From NCBI GenBank assembly GCA_000092065.1, contig CP000594.1: DNA of 64,000 nucleotides; one strand, given 5' to 3'. The stretch is from Ostreococcus lucimarinus (Eukaryota). Positions within the stretch are counted from its first letter, which is position 1, and the number at the start of each line of letters is the position of its first letter. A program made the translations under genes and the position numbers. Of the stretch, positions 38,334-48,706 are shown one piece after another. The notes under the pieces are model-generated. The model was not told the DNA's origin and ran no database searches. It saw only the letters and a list, made by a program, of their open reading frames with translations.

Positions 38334-39743
38334 CTAGGCGTCTAAGGCGGCTAAGAGCTCTTTCAAGGCGTCGGCGTGGAGGGGAATGGAGAGTAAATCT
38401 CGACCGTCGTGACCGCGCTTGCTGCGGACGAGCTCGTGGTCGGTGAACTCGGTGAGGTGCGCGCGCAGGGTGACTTCGGAGGAGACGAGAAATTGCTCGC
38501 GACAGGCGGCGTAAAAGACGTCGAGAGGACGGCCTTGGGAGTCTTCGTTTTCGAGCTGGTGCTCGGCGAGAAGGCGGAAAATGGCGCGCCCGTTCGGCGT
38601 GAGCGAACGCAAGACGTTGGCGGCGCCTCTGACGTGACGCTCTTCGCCCTTGGACGCGAGGAGTTGCGGAAGATTCGCCGTCTCGAGCGCGTACGGCGCA
38701 AACGTCGCCGCCTCTTGCCACACCCAATTGAAACGCGCCGCTTCGCGTTTGCTCCAGAGCAACGGTGCGTTGATGTGGTCGATGCTTGCTATGAGGTGCA
38801 CGCGATCCATGGACGCAAGCTCGCCAAGAAGCGCCTGCGCCTCGCTCGTGCGCAACTGCGGACCGTCGATGTTGTGCAAGACGATGTAAAGACGCCTGGG
38901 TTCGCACGTCGGTGATCCGCGCGTCGCACTTTGAATCTGCGCGAGAAGCACTTCAGTGGGCGCATTCGCGCCTACTTCGGTGCTTTCATCCGACAGCGCC
39001 GCCGCCGCCGCGGCGACGACTTGCTTAGGCGTGAGCGAAGGGAAGAAACCGTTGACGACGATGACGCCGCCGTCGAGAAAGTATCGCCTCTCGAAATCCT
39101 CCATCAACGCCTTCTTAGACCCGAAACCGTACAGCAAAACGTTGAAACCAGCGCTTAAGAGCTGAAACCACCTTCTGTGTTGCTTCTCGTGCTGCGTTTT
39201 GATGGCGCTACGCTCGTTCACGTGCCCCACCGGAAGGTGTCCGAGCAGCGTGCGCACCACCTCCTCGTCCGCCAGGTCCAACATCCCGAGCATGTTCACC
39301 TTGGCTGAATGTTGATACCCGTGCCCTTTACTCGCGATATATCCTATGCCCTTATTTTCTTGTCTCTTTCGTCGCTTCCGCTTCCCATCGCCGTCTTTGT
39401 CGTCCTCCTCGTCGCTTCCGTTTCCGCGTCGCGCGCCTTCGCGTTCAAATTCCTCCATCTTACTTTTCGCGTGTTCGATCGCCAGCGCCAGCGATTCGTC
39501 CCGGCTCGCGAGTTCGCTCTCTCGAGCATCCTTCGACGTCGTCGCTCGCGCGTTCGCTCGCGCGTTCACCGCGTTTACCTTCGCGTCGGCGCGTTTTTCT
39601 TCATCCAATCTTTGCAAGTACTCCAACGATTTCGGTACGTGTCCTCGAATTCTTCGTCCGACGCCGCGCGCCAGTCGCGCACCGCGCGTCTTCGTCGCGA
39701 ACGACGGCGCCGCGGTCGTCGACGCGCGTTTTTTCGGCGGCAT
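38334..39743 (-). CDS. ORC2: Origin recognition complex subunit 2 (ORC2).
   Basis: ATG at 39743 (MPPKKRASTT). The ORF-track start 39884 is a GTG. FNVLLYGFGSKKALMEDF is the ORC2 signature; C-terminal conservation (LYIVLHNIDGPQLR...NWVWQEAATF). Confidence 0.8.
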   Translation of the reverse strand: MPPKKRASTTAAPSFATKTRGARLARGVGRRIRGHVPKSLEYLQRLDEEKRADAKVNAVNARANARATTSKDARESELASRDESLALAIEHAKSKMEEFEREGARRGNGSDEEDDKDGDGKRKRRKRQENKGIGYIASKGHGYQHSAKVNMLGMLDLADEEVVRTLLGHLPVGHVNERSAIKTQHEKQHRRWFQLLSAGFNVLLYGFGSKKALMEDFERRYFLDGGVIVVNGFFPSLTPKQVVAAAAAALSDESTEVGANAPTEVLLAQIQSATRGSPTCEPRRLYIVLHNIDGPQLRTSEAQALLGELASMDRVHLIASIDHINAPLLWSKREAARFNWVWQEAATFAPYALETANLPQLLASKGEERHVRGAANVLRSLTPNGRAIFRLLAEHQLENEDSQGRPLDVFYAACREQFLVSSEVTLRAHLTEFTDHELVRSKRGHDGRDLLSIPLHADALKELLAALDA

Positions 39744-39866
39744 CGCGACGCGCGCCGTCGTGTCCCGATCGTTCAGCGTGTCCCGGCGTGGATAAAGCGT
39801 TGCGTCGCACAACGCCGCGCGCCGACGCGTCGACGCGCCGTTACGCGTCGTTTCCGCTCGCACGCG

Positions 39867-40991
39867 ATGCGCGCGATACCGCACCGCGCCTCGACGGTCG
39901 CGTCGCGCGATCGAAGCGCTTCACGACGACGCGCGGAGCGCGTTTCGACGACGCGACGTCATCGGGGCGTCGCCATCGCGCGCGCGGTGGCGCCTACGTA
40001 CGAAAAGGTGTTCGACGAGCGCACGGGACAGGACGTGGATGTGCTTTCGCAAAGCGTCGAACGCGTCGAGTTGGGACAAGGCGTGACGTGGGCGTATCGT
40101 CGAGGCGTCGCGGCGCCGAAGGAGGGGGCGACGGCGCGCGAGACGCCGGTGGTGTTCGCGCACGGACTGGGCTCGCGTGCGTATGGATTTCGAGCGATGT
40201 CTCGCGAGTTGCAAGAGAATGGATTTGAGACGTACGCGGTAGACGTCACGGGACACGGAGATTCGAGTAAGCCAGCGGTGGGGAAAGGGTTGGCGGCGTA
40301 CGACGCCGCGGCGACGGGGGCGGCGATGGAGGCGTTTTTGGAAAAAATTGGGTTGGCGAATGATCGCGTGGACTTGATCTTGCACGGATTCGTGATACCG
40401 CAACACTTGTTACTGCTCGTCGCGCGCCGACCTGAATTGTTTCGTCGGGTGGTGATCTTAAACTCGCCGTTGGCGCCGTCGCACGCGTACCCGCCGCAGA
40501 TGGCGACGTATACGAGACCGTTCGGCATGGGCAAGGGCGCACCGTTCGACGCGGCCGGATATTTGTATAACGGAAACGAGTTTGCGTTACCGGGCGATGT
40601 TTTGGCCGAGTACGAAAAGCCGTACGTTGGCGCAGAGGCTGAAGCGGCTCGCGCGGCGGCGGAGGCGTACGTCACCAAGTCGAGCGACTTGAAAAAGCTC
40701 AACGCCGAAGTGAAGAACGCCTTGAGCGCGCGCGGGTTGCCTAAGATTCGCGTCGTCTGGGGGACCGCAGATCGCTACCTCGACGACGCACCGATTTACG
40801 ATTGGTGCGCGGACATTCGCGCGTCCTTTTCCGCCATGCGTAAAGTCGGGCACTGCCCGCACGAAGACTTCGCCGCCGAAGCCGCCGCGCGCTGCCAAGA
40901 GTTCTTCCTCGCGGATTTGCGCGCGAGCGCCAAGGCGGCACTCAACTCTGTGCGCGTCGGCAAAATTACCACTGACGATGGTCAAGGGTAA
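39867..40991 (+). CDS. Alpha/beta-hydrolase fold protein (haloalkane dehalogenase / epoxide hydrolase-like).
   Basis: ATG 39867, in frame inside the longer ORF 39309... PVVFAHGLGSRAYGFRAM...DVTGHGDSSKP...LILHGF (nucleophile elbow region)...GHCPHED (catalytic His region). Confidence 0.7.
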   Translation: MRAIPHRASTVASRDRSASRRRAERVSTTRRHRGVAIARAVAPTYEKVFDERTGQDVDVLSQSVERVELGQGVTWAYRRGVAAPKEGATARETPVVFAHGLGSRAYGFRAMSRELQENGFETYAVDVTGHGDSSKPAVGKGLAAYDAAATGAAMEAFLEKIGLANDRVDLILHGFVIPQHLLLLVARRPELFRRVVILNSPLAPSHAYPPQMATYTRPFGMGKGAPFDAAGYLYNGNEFALPGDVLAEYEKPYVGAEAEAARAAAEAYVTKSSDLKKLNAEVKNALSARGLPKIRVVWGTADRYLDDAPIYDWCADIRASFSAMRKVGHCPHEDFAAEAAARCQEFFLADLRASAKAALNSVRVGKITTDDGQG

Positions 40992-41139
40992 AGTGCGAAG
41001 TGGTTTCGCTAGAATTCGTCTTTGTAATCATTCAAAAATTCCGATTCATTCCTTCAGCGAGAGCGACGACGGAGAGTTTGTGTAATGTGTTTTTCTTTTT
41101 TCTCTAACAATTGAATTACGTATTGTGTTTGTACTGTGA

Positions 41140-43650
41140 TTAATCTCCGCGAATGCGACCCCAGAGCGCGGCGAGAATCGGAATCAAGCCGACGCTGCCG
41201 AGAGACATGCGTTGATTCGTCGTCGCTCGGACGGAGATTTTCCCCGTGCCGCGCGAGTTGATGTTGAAACTACTGGTGACTTGCGTGTCCTTGCCGACTT
41301 GGATAGAACTCATACCATTGCACCCGAGGGCGAGGTCGCCGCGCCAGTTCATGAAACTCGCGCTGAGCGTGGATGAGTTCGGGTTCGACGGGTCCTCGCT
41401 GTGACGGATAATCGTCTCGAGGTTACCTGCGTACGCAACATCCTTTTGCGCCGTGACAGCGCCCGTGCTAACGACAACCTTCATTCCAGGACGAGCCTTG
41501 AATCGGTTCTCGATCTTTGTACCGAGAGCCACCACACCACCGACAAAAGAGGCGGAAAGACCACCGATGATCTTGTCGACGGCGCAAAACTTCCACCTCG
41601 TCTCCCCTCGCGCCGTGTACACCAAATCCTTGCCCACGGTTTGAATGTCGACGCCCGTCGTCGAAATCAGAGTTCGCGAGTGCGGGACAGACATTTCACC
41701 TTCAAAACCGAAGTTGCTGTCCTTTTTGTCCTTGGAAATTTGCGCTTGAACCACACCTGGGACTTGGTCCTTGAGAACAAACTGATGTTCGACGGAGAAG
41801 CCCTCCACGCCAGTCTCGTGATCCCAGCCGTGCGCGTCCACGATCGGTCGGCACGACCACTGTTGGTTCGACTCAAGTTGCCGGTAATGGTGACCTTGCG
41901 TGTCGCCATCGAAAGACAAGGGCAATTGAGGATCGGGCGCCGGAATGGAGACTTGCTTTGGCGTCGGCGTCGGCTCCATCTGATCCGCGGGAATGTCGTA
42001 CGGGGACGGCTCGCCAGAGATGATTTCGTTCTCCAAATCTTCGAATCCATCGTCTTCATACTCCACCAAACGACGAGGCTTTCGAGTGGTGATGAGTGAA
42101 GATAACAAGAACGGAAGCGGGGGCACCTTTTGTTGCCCCGGCATGCCACCCGCGCGCGCCGCCTTGGCAGCCTTTTGTTGGTCGGCGGCCAAGTTCAACA
42201 ACGTATTCGCCTCCGTGAGGATCTTGGACGCGAAGCACAACAACAACAACTGCGGCTTCCAAACTTGTCCGTTCGGAAGCACTCGCTCGCCCGCACGGTT
42301 GGTGCGGCAAAGCGGGTGGTTCTCCGCGAGCGCCACTGGGTTCATGAGACGCATGTCGCCCGCGGCTTGGCGAATCGTTTGCTGCACGATGTGCGAACGC
42401 TGAGCGACGTACATTTCGTAAGAAATCGGCTGGCCATTTGCGCCATCCGGCGGCGCGGCGGCGGCGTGCGTCAAGACGACGATGGCGTTGAACCAAATCG
42501 CTTGGCCAAAGGTGTTCGTGATTTGCTTCAACAACGGCAAATCCGCCGCGTCCGATCGCGACGGAATGTCGAGACGATCGAAGTAAAGCACGATGTCGGG
42601 CTTGTGTTGCTTGGTAAACTTCTTCGCATCGTTCATGATGGTGGAGTTGTAACGAATGTCCGTCGCAGACGCTTGCAAACCAGGCGTATCGATGAGTCGA
42701 AGCGTCATGCCGTGAATCTTCTTCTCAATCAGTTGCACCTTCTTCGTCGCGTCCTCATCGTCCGTACCAGACGGCGCCGAACCTTCGCCCAACAGAGAGT
42801 TGATCACCGCGGACTTACCCACGCCACTCTTACCCAAAAGCAAGATGGTGCACGTAAAATCCAAATCCGCGTCGGAGCCCTCTTTCTCGGCTTGCTCGGC
42901 GAGCGCCACGGCGCGATCAAAGGACGAATTGGACGGATCTTTCTGCGTCCCTTTCCCAGCCTTGAGCTGTTCTGCGAGTTCCAGACGGTAGATCACCTGC
43001 GCCACCACCGTATTTCTCGGGCTTTGTTCCAATCTCGAAGCCAAGCGCAAGAGCTTGATGCGAAGCATTTGCAGCTCGTACGTCCTCGTCGCATCTTCGT
43101 CGCTCGGATCTGGCTTCACTAACGGCTCCACGGGCGCCGATTTCGGTTTCACCGCCGCCAATGCGCTCCCAGCCGCCTCTCGTACGGTGCTCGCGAACGA
43201 CTTGGCCAACATGGGCGCCGCCGTACCAGCGGCCCGGAACTTCGCCCCGGCGTCGACGCCCGCCGTCTCGCCTCCATCACCGCCCGCGACCTCTGTCTCT
43301 TCTTCGTAGTCCGACCCATCGTTCAATTCGTTTTCATTGTCTTTCCCCTCGTCGCTCGCGTACGCGTCCGCGTCGTTCGTCATCCCTTCCTTCGTTTCCG
43401 TTCGCTCGACCTCGAAACCCTCGGCTCGCGTCTCCGCGCCTCGCTCGAGTTCCTCGCTCTCGGCTTCCTCCTCGTCCTCGCTCGACCGCGCGAACGAGTG
43501 ATCGCTCGATTCGTCGTACTCGATCGACTCCTCGCTCGTCTCGTCGTCGTACGATTCGAACGAACTCTCGTCGAACGAGGCTTCGTCTCGACTGTCGTAC
43601 GCGTACGCTTCGCTGTCGCTGCTCGCGTAGTCGTCCTCGCTCGTGGACAT
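41140..43650 (-). CDS. TOC159: TOC159-family chloroplast outer-envelope preprotein receptor GTPase: acidic N-domain, AIG1/Toc34-type G-domain, C-terminal membrane domain.
   Basis: ATG at 43650. ILLLGKSGVGKSAVINSLLGE...LIDTPGL...DIVLYFDRLD..., then a long C-terminal M-domain. The acidic DE-rich N-terminus is short compared with land-plant Toc159. Confidence 0.85.
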   Translation of the reverse strand: MSTSEDDYASSDSEAYAYDSRDEASFDESSFESYDDETSEESIEYDESSDHSFARSSEDEEEAESEELERGAETRAEGFEVERTETKEGMTNDADAYASDEGKDNENELNDGSDYEEETEVAGGDGGETAGVDAGAKFRAAGTAAPMLAKSFASTVREAAGSALAAVKPKSAPVEPLVKPDPSDEDATRTYELQMLRIKLLRLASRLEQSPRNTVVAQVIYRLELAEQLKAGKGTQKDPSNSSFDRAVALAEQAEKEGSDADLDFTCTILLLGKSGVGKSAVINSLLGEGSAPSGTDDEDATKKVQLIEKKIHGMTLRLIDTPGLQASATDIRYNSTIMNDAKKFTKQHKPDIVLYFDRLDIPSRSDAADLPLLKQITNTFGQAIWFNAIVVLTHAAAAPPDGANGQPISYEMYVAQRSHIVQQTIRQAAGDMRLMNPVALAENHPLCRTNRAGERVLPNGQVWKPQLLLLCFASKILTEANTLLNLAADQQKAAKAARAGGMPGQQKVPPLPFLLSSLITTRKPRRLVEYEDDGFEDLENEIISGEPSPYDIPADQMEPTPTPKQVSIPAPDPQLPLSFDGDTQGHHYRQLESNQQWSCRPIVDAHGWDHETGVEGFSVEHQFVLKDQVPGVVQAQISKDKKDSNFGFEGEMSVPHSRTLISTTGVDIQTVGKDLVYTARGETRWKFCAVDKIIGGLSASFVGGVVALGTKIENRFKARPGMKVVVSTGAVTAQKDVAYAGNLETIIRHSEDPSNPNSSTLSASFMNWRGDLALGCNGMSSIQVGKDTQVTSSFNINSRGTGKISVRATTNQRMSLGSVGLIPILAALWGRIRGD

Positions 43651-43979
43651 AAACGGCGACGACGGCGATGCGCGAGGGCGTAGCGCTCGTTCGCGACTCG
43701 CGCGCGCGTTCGGGGCTCGCGAAACTGGCGCGCCGCGGAATGGCGGCGAAATGGTCAGCGATCCCCCGCGCGCGAGGGTTTGGTCAGCGCCTGCGCCGCA
43801 CGATAGGTTGAATTACAAAACTGACGGCGCCCGCACGAAGGTGCTGCGAATGCATGCGTCATAATGTTGACTTATTGAGACAAGAGAAGGCGCGGCGCAG
43901 ATGGTGCGTGAGCGCGCGCGCGCGATGGTGCGCGTGTTCGGTCCTGGTATTAAGGAGGCCCGGGCGCCCGCGGAGGAAA

Positions 43980-45494
43980 TTACGAGACGACGCAGCACCC
44001 CGGTTGGGCGTCGGGCTCGTTGGCGTACTTATCCACCATGGGTTCTAATTCAGCGATGATTTCCAAGAAACTCGGACGCTTTTTCACCAAAGGATCCCAC
44101 ATGCGAGCGACGAGGGCGGCGAGCTCGGGGGGCATGTAACCCTCACGAATGGGCGGCCGCAGGTTCTCCAGGCTCGCCGCCCTGCACGCGTCGACGGGAT
44201 TTCGACCGGCGAATGGTTGTTGGAAACTGAAGAGCTGGTAGTAAATCATCGATGCCGCGTACACGTCTACGGCTGGACCGTAGAACTCGTGGCGGAAAAC
44301 TTCTGGGGCCATGTATCGGTACGATCCGGTCTCGCCCGTCATGTTAAACGCTTGCGACATTTCTTGCGGAAGCTTGTTGCGCACCGACAACGTCTTGGAG
44401 AGGCCGAAATCACCAATCTTGAGCGTTCTATTCGCGGTCAACATCAAGTTTCCCGGCTTCAAATCACGATGAATCACGGGAAGAGGCGAGCGACCGTGAA
44501 GGTACGCCATTCCTCTCGCGCAATCGAGCGCCATCTTCGTCGATAGCTTCAGCGGAAAGATTTCGTCGTTTCTGAAGAGCGTCTCCAAGCTTCCACCCGA
44601 CATGTATTCGCTCACTATGGAAGTCAACCCGTCGTCGGAGACGGTGGTGCCCAGAAATTGCACGATGTGCGGATGATGCAGCTGCTGCATTATCTTCAGT
44701 TCCAATCTAAATTCCGCCTGCGCGACTTCGTCCGCGTTGAGGTGCTTGTGCAACTGCTTCAAGCACACGCGCGTGCCTCGCCACAAGCCGCTGTACACGA
44801 CACCGAACGCGCCGGCGCCGATTTCCGCGACGTTTGAGAACTCACCATCGGGAATTTCCCACGCCATCGTATCCGCCGGGAGCTGCGTATGGAACACCCC
44901 GGAAAGATGCGACTCCTCCAGCGGCACAAACGTGCCACTGACCCTGTCTTTGATCTTGGCGCCGTTCTTCGCGAGCATCTTCACCAAGTCGCTGTGATTA
45001 CCGTAGACCGCGCTTTCTAACGGCGTCGACCCCCATCTATCGACTGGATTGATCGTCACTCCAGATTTTACTAACCAGTCCGCCACCGCAAACGACCCCT
45101 CGCTCGCCGCGACGTGCAACGGCGTCCGATTGTCGTAGTCGCTGAAATTCTCGCTCGTAATCGTCTTCTTCGACCGCTCTAAAACTCGTTTCAAACGTTT
45201 CAAATTCCCCGTGGACGAGCAAAACAACAATTCACTGGTCAAGTGTCTCTCGGTGTACTGTAAAAACTTCGCCGTCCCGGGTTTATTCGTCGCGTCGTCC
45301 CCGCTCGTGGCGTCTCCGTCGCTGTGCCTTCCGAGCGAGCTGTCGTTGGTCAAGTCCTCGGTGCTGTCAAACTCACTCATATCGACCCGATACGGCGCCC
45401 GGATCCCCGGCGACGCGCCGACGGGTAACGCATCGTTCGCCATGCGCTGTCCACTGTCGCTGTCGAGGCTTTTACGCGGGCTCGCGGGCGCCAT
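43980..45494 (-). CDS. Ankyrin-repeat protein kinase (TKL/ILK-like serine/threonine kinase).
   Basis: ATG at 45494. Ankyrin repeats (TPLHVAASEGSFAVADWLVKSGVTINPVDRWGSTPLESAVYGNHSDLVKMLAKNGA), then kinase subdomains GAGAFGVVY...VCLKQL...HRDLKPGNLML...IGDFGLS...YMAPE. Confidence 0.85.
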   Translation of the reverse strand: MAPASPRKSLDSDSGQRMANDALPVGASPGIRAPYRVDMSEFDSTEDLTNDSSLGRHSDGDATSGDDATNKPGTAKFLQYTERHLTSELLFCSSTGNLKRLKRVLERSKKTITSENFSDYDNRTPLHVAASEGSFAVADWLVKSGVTINPVDRWGSTPLESAVYGNHSDLVKMLAKNGAKIKDRVSGTFVPLEESHLSGVFHTQLPADTMAWEIPDGEFSNVAEIGAGAFGVVYSGLWRGTRVCLKQLHKHLNADEVAQAEFRLELKIMQQLHHPHIVQFLGTTVSDDGLTSIVSEYMSGGSLETLFRNDEIFPLKLSTKMALDCARGMAYLHGRSPLPVIHRDLKPGNLMLTANRTLKIGDFGLSKTLSVRNKLPQEMSQAFNMTGETGSYRYMAPEVFRHEFYGPAVDVYAASMIYYQLFSFQQPFAGRNPVDACRAASLENLRPPIREGYMPPELAALVARMWDPLVKKRPSFLEIIAELEPMVDKYANEPDAQPGCCVVS

Positions 45495-45982
45495 TATTTC
45501 TTGCCGCCGTTATTTTAGGCTAGGTCTGCGAATGCCGCGACGACGACGACGACGACGGCGGCGCGACGCGCGCGCGCGCGATGCGGCGAGCGACGCCGCG
45601 GACGATGCGCGCGCGCGCGTTCGCGCGACCTCACGCGGTTCGACGCGCGGTGGCGTTCGTGAGAGCGCGACCGAGGGCGTCGACCACGCGGCGGCGGACG
45701 ACGAATGCGGTTCGACGCGGGACGGCGCGCGGTCGGAGATTTCCAGACTGCGGGCGCGATCGACGCGCGCGAACGCGCCTCGCGGAGGGAGATGCCGCGG
45801 ACGCGAGCGCGCTTCGAAAGACGAAAGACGAAATATGAAAGCGAGAAGTCTAGGGAAATCGTGTATTTAATCGAAGAATCAGAATGCGTCGAGAAGATGA
45901 GCGGACGAGAAGGGCGCGGCGCGGCGGGCGCCGAGTCAAAGTCGAAGCGCTCGAGCGGGACCTAGTGCGCGGTTGCCGGCGA

Positions 45983-48706
45983 TCACGCCAGCTTTTCCCC
46001 GCAAAACATGTAGTGCGTCGGGCGATAAGGCGTGTACGGCACGCGCCCTTCCTCTTCGGCGTAGTACACGGTCTTGTAGTCCTCGTTCGACAACAACCAC
46101 TTGCGGTGTTCTTTGTTGAAGAAGACGCCGTCCATGGCGAACCACCACTTATATAATCGCTGATCCCAGGATCGCTCTCTACCCTCGCGAGTGACGAAAT
46201 CAATCAACGCTAGGTTACCACCAGGGGCGACCAAATCACTCATGGTCTTCAACGCCTTCTTCCAATCGGGAATCATCGTCAAGCAGTACGAGCACGTCAC
46301 CAAATCCGCTTGCTTGGGCAACTTCTTCTTCACCGCGGCGCTGTTGATGTCACCCTCCACGAAGACCACTTGAGGCGCGAGACCGAGCTCCATCACGCGT
46401 TCGCGCGCCATTTCAAGTAGGGCGTCAGATAAATCGCACAAGTACACCTTGGTGTTGCACTTTCTCACGTGACCGACGACGAACTCAACGTCGCGCGCCG
46501 TGCCGCAGCCGACAGAAATCCAAGTCTTCGGTTCTTTCGCCCACGGAATGACGTGGCGCATGAACAAATCACGAGCGGGTAACAACGCCTCGCGGAAACC
46601 GTCGTAGTTCTTGCCCTGTTTCTTGTAGAACTCGCGCACATCCTTCACTTTGCTCAAGCCTTGCTTTGCCATCGCCAACATAACCGAGACATCCGCCCCG
46701 AACGAGTTCGTGAACGTGCGACCGCTGCCCTTTTGCACGATCATCTCCGGATTATAGTTTTTCGGCGTAGGCGCGATAAACTGCGTGAGATACCAGCCAA
46801 CGCGATCGTAATCTGGTACTAGAGTTCCATCGAGATGCGCGAGCACCGGAGAGTGCACGCAATCGGCGAACGAACGCCAAAAGATGCGACCCTTTTCCTT
46901 ATCCATGTTCGCCACCACCTTTGAAATGTTCTCCGCAATCATCTCCGCCGGCATCCAGTCCATGGAATCGAGCAGCGAAGCGATGGTGATCGAGCCCGGG
47001 CCTTCGCGAACGGCGGCATCAGCCCAGGTACCGTGGAAGAGGTCGACGCGGTCGACTCTCTTCTTCAGGTTGGTAAAGTTCTTCTTCTCCAAGTAGCGCG
47101 GGCAGCAATCGGGAGCGAATTCACCGACGATGTAGCCGTAGTAGAAGTAGTTATTAGGCTTCCACACACGCACCTTGAGGACTTCCACCAAGCGATCGGC
47201 GAACACCTCCGGGTTGCGGCTCAACAAGTTGAGTTGCTCGAGAGGCACGCCGCCTAGCGGCGCGATCCAACTCCACAAGAACGTCATCGAGCACAACTTC
47301 AACGTCAACCAGAAAAAGATGCCGCCCGGACTATCTTCAAACTGTTCGCGGTTCATCACGCGTCTGCGCATGCCCGACAGGCGCAGCGGAAAGCACAAAA
47401 TTTTCGCCATCAGACCAGACGTGCCGGCGTACATGAAGTTGTCTCGGAACAAGTTGTGATTGTCATCCCAAAACTCAGCGGTTTCGGGCTTGAGCAGCGG
47501 GCGTAACTTGGACTCGTAGACAGATGTGAACACTTTGTAGTTCGAGCGACCCCAAATGTCGAAGAACTGCTCCCAGTTCAACGCACGAATGCACGCCAGC
47601 TTGAGCTCGAGGGTGTGCAACTGCGCGGCGTTCATGTCGACGGCGATGATCTTCTTCGGACCTTGGCACAGGTAGTCCAGAACGTTGCAGCCAGCGGAAG
47701 AGATCGTCAGAACCACGTCTTGGTCGTTCATGTGCATCACCTTGTGATCGACCGCGGGATCTTCCCAAGAAATATTGTAGATGATTTTCTTGCGGCCGAT
47801 GGACGTCATGATGAAGTTTTGCGTGTACACATCGTGCACAACGACGCCAAAACGATACATAAAGATCAAGAGAATGGTCGCGTGCATGACAATAATTGGG
47901 ACCGACGGCGGCTGAGTGTACTTGGTGTAAACCAAGTCGTACGCCGCGTAGGCGTGCGCCATCGTGTTCGCCGCCAACATCATCGCGAAGAGCACGAGCT
48001 TCCCCTTGAAAGGCATGCGCTTACGACCGTGCGAACGCATCAAGTATCCACGAACCCAACGCTGGAACTCTTTTACGTGCAGCATTAACAGACTGAGGCC
48101 GACGGTGAACACAAGAGTAGAGAACTGCGCCGCCTTGTAAATCAACACCGTGTGGAACACGATGCGGGTGAGAAAGTACAAGACGCCAAACAGCAAGCTC
48201 GGTCGCTGCTTGTTTTGCACTTCGTGGAACGCCAACAACATGATCGGCAGCTCTTCCACGAGCGCAATGGCAAACAAGGACGTGAGACCGTCGTGAATCA
48301 AGTATGCGCACACCGCGATGTACAAAAAGTGGTGCGTCCAGCCGTCGTCGTACGTCAGCAAGTTTTCGTAGTGCATGCTGCCGAGAAACAAGTCCATGAT
48401 GCAGTAACCGATGAAGAATATAGCGGCGTATCGCGACAAATCCGTTTCGTTGTCAATCGTCGCCGTGAACCCGTCGTGGCAGACGTGGTAAAACAAGTAC
48501 AACCCGACGAAGGATGTGACAAAGGACGAGTACAGCGTCAAGTACCACGAGTGATCGGGAAGCTTTAAGAAGCGCAAAAAGTAGTACACGAACGCGCACG
48601 CGATCATGTTCGACCCTAAGAGTATCATATCATTACCAGAAAATCGCACGTTCTCCGCCAAGAACTGCGCCATCTGCGCCGACGCCGTCGCGATTTGAGC
48701 CACCAT
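45983..48706 (-). CDS. BTA1: Betaine lipid (DGTS) synthase BTA1-like: BtaA-like (DUF3419) domain plus C-terminal SAM-methyltransferase (BtaB-like) domain, preceded by a ~330-aa N-terminal polytopic membrane domain.
   Basis: ATG at 48706. The N-terminus has multiple hydrophobic helices with a HH motif (DDGWTHHFLYIAVCAYLIHDG). IYNISWEDPAVDHKVMHMNDQDVVLTISSAGCNVLDY is the BtaA/DUF3419 hallmark. The C-terminus VGCGTARDVEF...LVTCSYCLTMIP is a class-I methyltransferase fold. Confidence 0.8.
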   Translation of the reverse strand: MVAQIATASAQMAQFLAENVRFSGNDMILLGSNMIACAFVYYFLRFLKLPDHSWYLTLYSSFVTSFVGLYLFYHVCHDGFTATIDNETDLSRYAAIFFIGYCIMDLFLGSMHYENLLTYDDGWTHHFLYIAVCAYLIHDGLTSLFAIALVEELPIMLLAFHEVQNKQRPSLLFGVLYFLTRIVFHTVLIYKAAQFSTLVFTVGLSLLMLHVKEFQRWVRGYLMRSHGRKRMPFKGKLVLFAMMLAANTMAHAYAAYDLVYTKYTQPPSVPIIVMHATILLIFMYRFGVVVHDVYTQNFIMTSIGRKKIIYNISWEDPAVDHKVMHMNDQDVVLTISSAGCNVLDYLCQGPKKIIAVDMNAAQLHTLELKLACIRALNWEQFFDIWGRSNYKVFTSVYESKLRPLLKPETAEFWDDNHNLFRDNFMYAGTSGLMAKILCFPLRLSGMRRRVMNREQFEDSPGGIFFWLTLKLCSMTFLWSWIAPLGGVPLEQLNLLSRNPEVFADRLVEVLKVRVWKPNNYFYYGYIVGEFAPDCCPRYLEKKNFTNLKKRVDRVDLFHGTWADAAVREGPGSITIASLLDSMDWMPAEMIAENISKVVANMDKEKGRIFWRSFADCVHSPVLAHLDGTLVPDYDRVGWYLTQFIAPTPKNYNPEMIVQKGSGRTFTNSFGADVSVMLAMAKQGLSKVKDVREFYKKQGKNYDGFREALLPARDLFMRHVIPWAKEPKTWISVGCGTARDVEFVVGHVRKCNTKVYLCDLSDALLEMARERVMELGLAPQVVFVEGDINSAAVKKKLPKQADLVTCSYCLTMIPDWKKALKTMSDLVAPGGNLALIDFVTREGRERSWDQRLYKWWFAMDGVFFNKEHRKWLLSNEDYKTVYYAEEEGRVPYTPYRPTHYMFCGEKLA

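Noticed and set aside
42130-43122. 330-aa plus-strand ORF
   Set aside because: Antisense to the TOC159-like gene.
43854-44048. Small ORFs across the kinase 3' end / intergenic (43643..43864, 43813..43998, 43854..44048)
   Set aside because: Short, Arg-rich, and overlapping the 5' end of the TOC159 gene or the 3' end of the ankyrin kinase gene. No independent evidence.
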